Shown: positions 1-7,128 of the stretch, in pieces
How the letters are laid out: each line of letters begins with the position of its first letter
How positions within the stretch are numbered: the first letter of the stretch is position 1
Source: a virus
Lineage: Duplodnaviria > Heunggongvirae > Uroviricota > Caudoviricetes
IMG/VR virus record: IMGVR_UViG_2541047758_000018
Direction: 5' to 3' (one strand)
Length of the DNA: 34,871 nt
The notes under the pieces: model-generated
Told to the model about the DNA's origin: nothing
The model's input: the letters and a program-made list of their open reading frames with translations, nothing else
The model's database searches: none
Made by a program: the position numbers and the translations under genes

Positions 1-1260
1 ATGCCAAAACTCACAGATATGCAGATCCGCACATGGATAAAGGCGGGAGACAGATTTGATGGCAAGGCAGACGGCAACGGCCTTTATATTTGCTACCCCA
101 AAAACTACACAGTCCCGTTCTGGCGATTCCGCTATAAGCTCGCAGGAAAGCAGCGGGCTATGGTTATAGGCTCTTACTCCGAACTGTCACTATCAAAAGC
201 CAGAGAAACAGCAAAAGAGCTGTCAGCCAGAGTTGCTCTTGGCTATGACGTAGCAGCAGAGAAACAGGAACGAAAAGCTGAAGCACTGGCAAAAATGGAG
301 GCTGAGAAAAACGCCATGCGTGTTTCAGATCTGGCCTCCGAATACTTCGAGCGCCAGATACTTCCGAGATGGAAACATCCCGATATCCTTCGCCGGAGAA
401 TTGATAAGGATATTAACCCCTGCATTGGGCATATGAAGGTAGAGGACGTTAAGCCACGTCACATTGACGACATGTTGAAAGGTATCGTTGACCGAGGAGC
501 ACCAACGATAGCAACAGATGTATTACGCTGGACACGCCGTATCTTTGACTATGGGATAAAACGCCACGCTCTGGAGATAAACCCTTGTTCAGCGTTTGAA
601 GTATCTGATGCTGGTGGTAAAGAGGTTTCCCGCGACCGTTGGCTAACTCGCGATGAGCTTATCAGGCTATTCGAGGCTATGCGCACCGCAAAAGGATTCA
701 GCCGCCAGAACGAACTGACATTTAAGCTATTGCTGGCACTATGCGTTCGTAAGATGGAGTTATGCGCCGCACGATGGGAAGAGTTTGATTTAGATGGTGC
801 GGTATGGCATTTGCCGGAAGAACGCAGCAAAAACGGAGACCCTATTGATATACCTCTACCTTCCCCAGCCGTTGAATGGTTGAGAGAGCTACACACCTTT
901 TCATGTAATAGCGCATGGGTGCTTCCAGCCAGGAAAATGCAAAACAGAATGATCCCACATATTCAGGAAAGCACTTTACCCGTAGCACTGGCTAAGGTTC
1001 GCGCCGAAATGCCGGATGTGCCTAATTTCACGATTCACGACTTCCGACGCACCGCACGTACTCATTTAGCAGCGTTGGGTGTTGATCCTGTCGTAGCGGA
1101 ACGATGCCTCAATCATCGCATTAAGGGCGTAGAGGGGATTTATAACCGCCATCAGTATTTTGATGAGCGTAAAGCAGCACTGGCACTGTGGGCTGATCTG
1201 CTGGTGGCACTGGAAAGCGGAAAAGACTACAACGTAACGCCTCTCAGAAGGGCGAACTAA
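1..1260 (+). CDS. int: Tyrosine recombinase, P4/CP4-57-type integrase
   Basis: Full ORF beginning at window base 1. The long N-terminal arm-type region is typical of P4-like integrases. Catalytic residues are visible: R in ALCVRKMEL, H-x-x-R in HDFRRTARTHL, and LNHR...GIYNRHQY with the nucleophile Tyr. The att/tRNA target would lie upstream of the window. Confidence 0.92.
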   Translation: MPKLTDMQIRTWIKAGDRFDGKADGNGLYICYPKNYTVPFWRFRYKLAGKQRAMVIGSYSELSLSKARETAKELSARVALGYDVAAEKQERKAEALAKMEAEKNAMRVSDLASEYFERQILPRWKHPDILRRRIDKDINPCIGHMKVEDVKPRHIDDMLKGIVDRGAPTIATDVLRWTRRIFDYGIKRHALEINPCSAFEVSDAGGKEVSRDRWLTRDELIRLFEAMRTAKGFSRQNELTFKLLLALCVRKMELCAARWEEFDLDGAVWHLPEERSKNGDPIDIPLPSPAVEWLRELHTFSCNSAWVLPARKMQNRMIPHIQESTLPVALAKVRAEMPDVPNFTIHDFRRTARTHLAALGVDPVVAERCLNHRIKGVEGIYNRHQYFDERKAALALWADLLVALESGKDYNVTPLRRAN

Positions 1261-1355
1261 CTGAATAGATTGAGCCTAGCTCGACGGGGCGAAAAGCGGG
1301 AAGCCTTACCGCCTGGCTCAATCACAAAATAAGGCGCAGCGTAAAAGGTGACGCA

Positions 1356-2321
1356 ATGAACGACTCTCATGAAACAACTGCGGTGCATAGAAATTTATGG
1401 CAGGAATCAGGTATCCCACCTTTGGACTACTGCACGATAGAGCGAGCATCAAAATTATTAAATTGTGAAATTGATGATATATGGCATTGGAAAGATAGAC
1501 TACATATAGACTTTTATGTCTATGCTGACTTTCTTGATTTCATTGAAGCTGATGCCACCATCCACTTCAAAAAAGATGCTGATTTTATAACTGATTTATT
1601 ACTTATGTACCCAGAAGAAGTAAGGTTTACATTTCCTTTTCTTATTACCAGCGCAAGCAACGAAGTTTATATCCCAGCATCTGAAAGCGGTGCTTATGAG
1701 CTATTTTATGCACATAAACCACTGACAGTTGAAGACAGAGACAATAAAAATGTTTTTGAACAAATTGGCAAAAACTCTTTTATTGTAAGAAAATCAATTG
1801 CATGTGGATTGTTGCGTGTACGCGGTAGTACAACACGACATTATCATTCACAAGAATGTGGAGAGCCATATGTGCGACTTGAAGCAACATTTGATTGTGA
1901 TCTATATAAATTCAAAATGCAAAGTTCCCAGATTCACCTGAGTAGCCTGTCAGATAAAAACATTTATATAACAAAGGCTGATTTAGAATACCTTCACGAC
2001 GCAAAGGTTAATGGAAGCTTTGACGCAGCTAAGAGCAAAAAACGATACGAAATGGCGGTAGAACAGGAACTAATACCTGAAATAAAAAATAGCAACCATA
2101 ATGCCGAGAGACATGCTGAAAACAGGGAAAAACTTTTCAAATCAGCAATATATCTTTTGTCAAAGTATCCTGATGAATGCCGTGGCAAAAAGAAAGAAAT
2201 AAGCCCTGAGAAGTGGCGGGATTGCATAGTGGCTCATAAAGACGAAATTCCACCGTTAGCAATCACAAATGAAGATGTGATTTTGAGACACTTACGTGCT
2301 GCCGCCAACGGTAAGGGGTAG
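1356..2321 (+). CDS. Hypothetical protein (321 aa), AT-rich cargo between int and alpA
   Basis: ATG preceded by AAAGGTG. It is visibly more AT-rich than int and alpA and is followed by a perfect 10-bp-stem terminator. I recognise no catalytic motif. The N-terminal stretch CTIERASKLLNCEIDDIWHW looks HTH-like. Confidence 0.75.
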   Translation: MNDSHETTAVHRNLWQESGIPPLDYCTIERASKLLNCEIDDIWHWKDRLHIDFYVYADFLDFIEADATIHFKKDADFITDLLLMYPEEVRFTFPFLITSASNEVYIPASESGAYELFYAHKPLTVEDRDNKNVFEQIGKNSFIVRKSIACGLLRVRGSTTRHYHSQECGEPYVRLEATFDCDLYKFKMQSSQIHLSSLSDKNIYITKADLEYLHDAKVNGSFDAAKSKKRYEMAVEQELIPEIKNSNHNAERHAENREKLFKSAIYLLSKYPDECRGKKKEISPEKWRDCIVAHKDEIPPLAITNEDVILRHLRAAANGKG

Positions 2322-2336
2322 AGTAGCTAACTATTC

Positions 2337-2367
2337 AGGCACAGTATCATTACTGTGCCTTTTTATT
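2337..2367 (+). terminator. Rho-independent terminator
   Basis: AGGCACAGTA (2337-2346), loop tcat, TACTGTGCCT (2351-2360), then TTTTATT. It sits directly after the 1356-2321 stop. Confidence 0.8.
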
Positions 2368-2435
2368 GTTCATATATGTACAGATACTTCCTCCCGTAAC
2401 GAAGCAACAACTATCGCTAAGAGGTTACGGGAAGC

Positions 2436-2639
2436 ATGAACACCGACACTATTCCTACAAAAGGCTATATCAGACGCTTTCGCCTGGCTGAATTGCTGGG
2501 CGTTAGTGTATCCACCATCGACCGTAAAGTAAGAAACGGTTCACTACCACGTCCGGTAAAGCTGGGAGAAAAAATAACTGCGTTTGATGCGGTTGAGATT
2601 CACAACTGGCTGGCAGAACGCCGCGGGAAGGTGGCCTGA
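2436..2639 (+). CDS. alpA: AlpA-family (MerR-like HTH) phage regulatory/excisionase-type protein
   Basis: 67 aa. RFRLAELLGVSVSTIDRKVRNGSLPRPVKLGEKITAFDAVEIHNWL matches the AlpA/Phage_AlpA HTH pattern. Its position after int is typical of P4-like and PICI elements. Confidence 0.85.
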   Translation: MNTDTIPTKGYIRRFRLAELLGVSVSTIDRKVRNGSLPRPVKLGEKITAFDAVEIHNWLAERRGKVA

Positions 2640-3070
2640 TGGAAAAGAAAAACCGCCCATTACAGGCGGCTAATTCAGATATTCGCGTATCTGATGTTAC
2701 GCCCCTTACAAAATCCCTTCAAGAACCAAAGCGCACACCGAAAAAGCATCGTGCCCGAGTCTATATGCTGCGTACTGGTATAGAGGGATGGACAGAAAAT
2801 GACATTCTTCGCTACTGCCGTCTGTCTTCTGGTCGTAACTATGCAACAGAGTTAGAACGCCAGCTTGGAATCACTCTGGAGCGTATCGACGAAAAGAATC
2901 CTGATGGTATCGGAACACACCTTCGCTACCGTTTCTCCTGCCGTGGTGATGTTCTGAAAGTGATCACTCATGTTAACCATCTTGCGAACATAAATGATCA
3001 CAACGGACTTTCTCAGCAGGAAATTGCCGACATTCTGAAACTCTACCCGGACGCGTTTAACGCCGCCTAA
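2639..3070 (+). CDS. Hypothetical protein (143 aa)
   Basis: The start overlaps the alpA stop by 1 nt (cctgATGg), so it lies in the same operon. No motif recognised. Confidence 0.7.
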   Translation: MEKKNRPLQAANSDIRVSDVTPLTKSLQEPKRTPKKHRARVYMLRTGIEGWTENDILRYCRLSSGRNYATELERQLGITLERIDEKNPDGIGTHLRYRFSCRGDVLKVITHVNHLANINDHNGLSQQEIADILKLYPDAFNAA

Positions 3071-3082
3071 CGGAGACTGAAA

Positions 3083-3916
3083 ATGAACATCGAAAAAAGC
3101 AGATTAATTTCTGAGGCCGCCCCTCATCTGAACGCCTCTCTGGGCACAATTAACGGTAATGAATTTGCCGCAATTGTCCCGGTTATTCCTGGTCATATCG
3201 GTGGGCGTGAAACCAATATTGTTAGCGCAAAAGCGTTACACAAAGCGTTGGGCGTGGGAAAAGACTTCTCTACATGGATCGCTGATCGCATCTCTGAATA
3301 TGACTTCACCATTGGGCACGATTACTCAGTCCATAAAACAATTTCCCCAAATTTGGGGAAAAGCCCGAATGGCGCGGCTTACAGCAAGATTAAGCACTCT
3401 GGCAGACCCGGCAAAGACTATCTGTTAAGTGTCGGAATGGCGAAAGAACTGGCAATGATCGAACGCAATGATCAGGGTCGCGCTATCCGTCGTTATTTCA
3501 TCCAGTGCGAGGAAGAATTACAGCGTAGCGTTCCTGAAATCGCCGCCCGCTATCGTCGCCAGCTAAAAGCCCGTATCAGTGCCGCAAACAACTTTAAGCC
3601 AATGTGCGATGCGCTGAACATGGCCCGTGCCGAGCAGGGGAAAACGACGCAGCAACACCACTACACAAACGAGAGCAATATGATTTCTCGTATCGTTCTT
3701 GGTGGGCTAACTGCTAAGCAGTGGGCGCGGATAAATGGCTATTCTGGCGAACCTCGCGACCATATGAACGCAGAACAGCTTGAGCACCTCTCATATCTCG
3801 AAAGCACCAATATCACGTTAATTGATATGGGCATGGAATATGAGCAGCGCAAAGGAGAACTCACCCGCCTGTCGCAACGCTGGCTCGCTAAGCGTCTGGA
3901 GGCGGTCAATGTCTAA
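3083..3916 (+). CDS. AntA/AntB antirepressor-domain protein
   Basis: GGAG RBS. The stretch SAKALHKALGVGKDFSTWIADRISEYDF...SPNLGKS...GRPGKDYLLSVGMAKELAMIERNDQGRAIRRYFIQCEEEL matches the AntA/AntB antirepressor N-terminal domain as I remember it. Confidence 0.75.
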   Translation: MNIEKSRLISEAAPHLNASLGTINGNEFAAIVPVIPGHIGGRETNIVSAKALHKALGVGKDFSTWIADRISEYDFTIGHDYSVHKTISPNLGKSPNGAAYSKIKHSGRPGKDYLLSVGMAKELAMIERNDQGRAIRRYFIQCEEELQRSVPEIAARYRRQLKARISAANNFKPMCDALNMARAEQGKTTQQHHYTNESNMISRIVLGGLTAKQWARINGYSGEPRDHMNAEQLEHLSYLESTNITLIDMGMEYEQRKGELTRLSQRWLAKRLEAVNV

Positions 3917-4091
3917 GCCAACAGGAACACCACAACCACAAAAACGCTACAAAGATGCCCACGGAGCACTCGTTACTGTCGAAAGCGTGTCTCACAACCG
4001 AGTGACGTTTTATCGCGACGGGTATCAATCGCCATGCGTACAACCGCTGGCACGTTTCATGAAGGAGTTCGCGGAGGTTAACAAATGCTAA
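3909..4091 (+). CDS. Small protein (60 aa), DUF4222-like
   Basis: An internal ATG of track ORF 3822-4091 overlaps the upstream stop (ATGTCTAA). MSKPTGTPQPQKRYKDAHGALVTVESVSHNRVTFYRDGY resembles small proteins common in P4-like islands. The family name is from memory. Confidence 0.6.
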   Translation: MSKPTGTPQPQKRYKDAHGALVTVESVSHNRVTFYRDGYQSPCVQPLARFMKEFAEVNKC

Positions 4092-4522
4092 CCGCCCAGA
4101 AGAAGATATTTTCACTGGCTGGTATATCGCCAAAATCCAGCAATATGACAGCAAAGTCTGGCATTAATACAGCAGATACAAGCAAAGTTTATCATTTTCT
4201 GGTGGTAGGAGCGGATGCCTTAACTATGTCAGAAATTACGGTCGATGGTGTTAGCATTGAGAAGGTCAGCGGCTGCGCCAGAGAATTTCTGGTCGTAGAT
4301 GACCTGTTCTGCTCGCGTAGTGACTCCACAAAAATCTTCGTCCACGCGCGTGACGTTAACGAAATGAGCGCGATGTACTGTGCTTCTGGTTCTTCCAATA
4401 GTGAGTTTTCGGAGTCCATAAAAAAGAGCTTGCCGTTATGCGGCAACACGGTTTATGGTTATAAGGCACCTCATAAAACGGGTGCCGGGTTTCGCAGCCC
4501 GGAAATGTACGAGGCGACACAT

Positions 4523-4544
4523 GACGCGCCGAGCGTCTTTTTTT
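4523..4544 (+). terminator. Rho-independent terminator candidate
   Basis: GACGC (4523-4527), loop gccga, GCGTC (4533-4537), followed by T7 (4538-4544). The stem is short, so this is moderate only. Confidence 0.45.
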
Positions 4545-4550
4545 GTGCCG

Positions 4551-4596
4551 TTAGCCAGACTCACACTTTTTTCAGTGATGTGGTTATAATCCGCGT
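4551..4596 (+). promoter_or_regulatory. Candidate constitutive promoter (P4 PLE-like position)
   Basis: Perfect TATAAT at 4585-4590, downstream of the terminator and upstream of the structured leader and the icd-like operon. The -35 is weak (cacact at 17-bp spacing). Confidence 0.3.
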
Positions 4597-4599
4597 CGC

Positions 4600-4730
4600 T
4601 TGCAAAATTATGGTGGGCTGGACAGGGCAGCCGAAAGGCTGGCCGGTTTCCTTGTACGCCGGTACTGCGAACTCTGTTCAGTCCACCACCAGCGAGTTTC
4701 GCAGCTCCGGTGGTGGGAAGAATTCCCAGT
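4600..4730 (+). ncRNA. Candidate P4 CI / C4-type immunity RNA leader
   Basis: Hairpins: CAGCC-GAAA-GGCTG near 4630, and an 8-bp stem CCACCACC (4683-4690) / GGTGGTGG (4709-4716) enclosing a GCGA-gtt-TCGC mini-hairpin. An upstream GGTGGG (4612-4617) could pair with the same CCACC element. The order resembles P4 seqA-seqB-seqC. The exact ends are unknown. Confidence 0.3.
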
Positions 4731-4746
4731 ACAAGGAGGCTGCCAC

Positions 4747-4941
4747 ATGCTGGCTACTACCCCTACCCAAAAACCGCAATTTATCTGGATTATCGCCGCA
4801 GTTCGCCGCGATTGCCCGACAATTACCGCCAAAATTCATCATATTGCTGCCGAGTCTGAACGCGATGCTCGCCGTTCTCTGGTGCGCGATCACGTCTGCT
4901 TTTTTGCTGGTCGTATCCGCATGGAGGTGGCACATGATTAA
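4747..4941 (+). CDS. Icd-like (host cell division inhibitor-like) small protein
   Basis: Strong RBS AAGGAGG at 4733-4739. MLATTPTQKPQFIWIIAAVRR...ESERDARRSL resembles P4-family Icd-like proteins as I recall them. It is an internal start of track ORF 4600-4941. Confidence 0.65.
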   Translation: MLATTPTQKPQFIWIIAAVRRDCPTITAKIHHIAAESERDARRSLVRDHVCFFAGRIRMEVAHD

Positions 4942-5152
4942 AACCTACGATGTGCATATGGACCCCCTCGAACGCACAAGCCAGATCATCACACTGACAG
5001 AAGTGATTAATGACATTCTGGTGAGCAACTCTCCCTCACGAGACGAAAAACTGAAGGCGTTACTCGCGATATTGGATCTCGCCGTTCGTGACGTTCATTT
5101 CCTGCTGGAAGGTGGCGAAATGCCGGTAAAAACGGGGGCAACCAATGAATAA
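4934..5152 (+). CDS. Hypothetical small protein (72 aa)
   Basis: The ATG overlaps the icd-like stop (ATGATTAA), with a GGAGGTG RBS. It is the C-terminal part of the long track ORF 4085-5152. Confidence 0.6.
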   Translation: MIKTYDVHMDPLERTSQIITLTEVINDILVSNSPSRDEKLKALLAILDLAVRDVHFLLEGGEMPVKTGATNE

Positions 5153-5339
5153 CTCAATCAATACCCCTCGCCTTACGTCCGCACTTCAATTAATCGAGCA
5201 AGCAGCGGCTGTCCTGCTTGCTGTCAGTCTTTCGGCTGAAGAAATGGATGCTGCTGATGTCGTGGATGCGATTAAAGCGTGCTCATCTTTGGTTAACGAT
5301 GCCCGTGCAGAGCTGGTAATTCTTGGGGGTGAAAAATGA
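5145..5339 (+). CDS. Hypothetical small protein (64 aa)
   Basis: The start overlaps the upstream stop (ATGAATAA), so it is translationally coupled. Confidence 0.6.
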   Translation: MNNSINTPRLTSALQLIEQAAAVLLAVSLSAEEMDAADVVDAIKACSSLVNDARAELVILGGEK

Positions 5340-5599
5340 ATATCAACTTAATTTATCGTCATCCGTGTGAGCTGGAAATTGAATCATTGCTGGGGCGCGA
5401 AGAGCCATATCCAGACACATTCACTCCCGCAGATTGCGCGACTGAACGGCTTACCAGAGCGCGCACAGGTCTGGTTCATGTGATGAATGAGATTATTCCC
5501 TCGGTGGGAGGGGAACAGGCGACAGTAATCAATAGCTGGCTACAAAAAGTTACCTTTCTGATAGATATCAGTTTAATCGATGTGGAGAGTGCGAAATGA
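5336..5599 (+). CDS. Hypothetical small protein (87 aa)
   Basis: ATGA start/stop overlap with the upstream ORF. Confidence 0.65.
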   Translation: MNINLIYRHPCELEIESLLGREEPYPDTFTPADCATERLTRARTGLVHVMNEIIPSVGGEQATVINSWLQKVTFLIDISLIDVESAK

Positions 5600-5817
5600 C
5601 CAACATCCAGCTCATTGAAGCGCAATGTCGCATCGAACAGGTTCAGACTGTTTTAGGGTTCTGGCTTGAAGGGGCCAGCCCAAGCAACAGAGACAAGTTA
5701 ATGATTGGCGCGGTTATGTCACTGCTCAATGGCGTACCAGAAGCTATTCAGGAAGCAGACGAATTGTTGGGCAAATATGAGTTACAGAATCATTCAGGCG
5801 AGGCGAAACATGAATAA
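5596..5817 (+). CDS. Hypothetical small protein (73 aa)
   Basis: ATGA start/stop overlap with the upstream ORF. Confidence 0.65.
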   Translation: MTNIQLIEAQCRIEQVQTVLGFWLEGASPSNRDKLMIGAVMSLLNGVPEAIQEADELLGKYELQNHSGEAKHE

Positions 5818-6412
5818 TTTCTTAACTTTCCATGCAGAAGCAACGCCTGACGGCGTAAACATCATGCACCGCAGCAACGATGGCATGACAGAACGCGTTG
5901 AGACCGTCTCATATATTGATGCCGTAAATCGTCTGGATGCCGGGGATTATGACGATAAACCAGATGAAGGTATGTCAATACATCTCGCTATAGCCGATGG
6001 CGGCAACCAGGGATATTTCGATTACACATCACAGCATAACGTCATTATGTGGAGATGGTTGATCGCAACAGTATTCATGCTGGAAATGAGAGAGGAAAAC
6101 GGCACTGTCAGCATCATTGATGATACTGGCAATCCTTCCGAAGTGGCTGTTTATTCCAACGGCATCGTCGCCATGCCGCTGTATCCAGTAGCAGAGCGCC
6201 TCGCTATGGCAAACAACATTGAGGGCGCGATGATAGAACGTTTTGGCATCGAGTCTGGCACAGAACGCGCCATCATTTTCTACAGAGCCATGATGGATGT
6301 GGAACAAGGAACACTAACTCCATTTGGTCGTGAAACGCTTGCTGAACTTCACAACAGCTTTATAGCTGAACTGAATGAAAACGGCATGCCATCGGAACCA
6401 GTGACGCACTGA
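5810..6412 (+). CDS. Hypothetical protein (200 aa)
   Basis: I chose the internal ATG of track ORF 5705-6412 because it overlaps the upstream stop (ATGAATAA), which continues the coupled chain. Confidence 0.65.
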   Translation: MNNFLTFHAEATPDGVNIMHRSNDGMTERVETVSYIDAVNRLDAGDYDDKPDEGMSIHLAIADGGNQGYFDYTSQHNVIMWRWLIATVFMLEMREENGTVSIIDDTGNPSEVAVYSNGIVAMPLYPVAERLAMANNIEGAMIERFGIESGTERAIIFYRAMMDVEQGTLTPFGRETLAELHNSFIAELNENGMPSEPVTH

Positions 6413-6422
6413 GGATGGAGCC

Positions 6423-6764
6423 ATGATTACTAAAAATTTCCGACTGAATGCGCTGGCAAATAAGTATGCGTCGGCACTGTATAACCACATTACCTCCACC
6501 AGCGGCGGGGACTATTTCATGGTTGATGCGGACGGCGAGGCCGTCCGTGTGGAAATCGTCAATGGAGTAAAAGGCGTTCGCAGCCTGATCGATAGCTACA
6601 CACTGGCAGCCATGAAAGTGTTCTACCCGCAGTGGGAAACCGTGGGGATCGAGCTTCTTGAACGTTGCGTCACTAAGGACGGATTGACTGACGTCGGGCG
6701 TGAGATATGGCAAAGCATGGTTAATGACATGGGCGCAACTGTAGCGGGAGGTTCTCATGCGTGA
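6423..6764 (+). CDS. Hypothetical protein (113 aa)
   Basis: GGATGGAG RBS, same strand and operon. Confidence 0.65.
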   Translation: MITKNFRLNALANKYASALYNHITSTSGGDYFMVDADGEAVRVEIVNGVKGVRSLIDSYTLAAMKVFYPQWETVGIELLERCVTKDGLTDVGREIWQSMVNDMGATVAGGSHA

Positions 6765-7128
6765 AAATGCAGAAATGGCGCTTAGCTCCGCAATCGGAGA
6801 GCAGGTGGCAAAGATTGCTGGTGCTGTGTGGATTCATAACCTTCATTCTACTGGTGAAGAGAAAATGGCAATTCAGACGCCAGAGGGACGCACCATTACT
6901 ACATCTCTGAAGCCGTCAGATGTTTGTGATCTGATTTGCGCATTCATGTACCCAGCAATGAGGACTGTCCACGGCGATAAGTGGAAACTTGCGACAACCG
7001 CTGAATTTGATATGTGGCTAAACAATGATGGCATGCTGACTGATTACGGAATAACCAAGTGGCAGATGCTGGTTAGCCATATCGCAAACGCTATAGACCA
7101 CGTGGGGTACGGTGATGCGAAACATTGA
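6757..7128 (+). CDS. Hypothetical protein (123 aa)
   Basis: Overlaps the upstream ORF by 8 nt. Its own stop overlaps the primase start region. Confidence 0.65.
   Translation: MRENAEMALSSAIGEQVAKIAGAVWIHNLHSTGEEKMAIQTPEGRTITTSLKPSDVCDLICAFMYPAMRTVHGDKWKLATTAEFDMWLNNDGMLTDYGITKWQMLVSHIANAIDHVGYGDAKH

Noticed and set aside
4085-5152. 355-aa ORF, the longest unexplained ORF in the satellite block
   Set aside because: Its composition is odd. It has no good RBS at 4085 and reads through a terminator-like hairpin, a TATAAT box and a structured leader. It also overlaps the much better supported icd-like gene (AAGGAGG RBS). Only its last 72 codons (4934-5152), which have their own coupled start, were kept as a CDS.
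5705-5809. N-terminal extension of track ORF 5705-6412
   Set aside because: It overlaps almost all of the second half of ORF 5596-5817. The ATG at 5810 gives the same start/stop coupling pattern as the rest of the operon.
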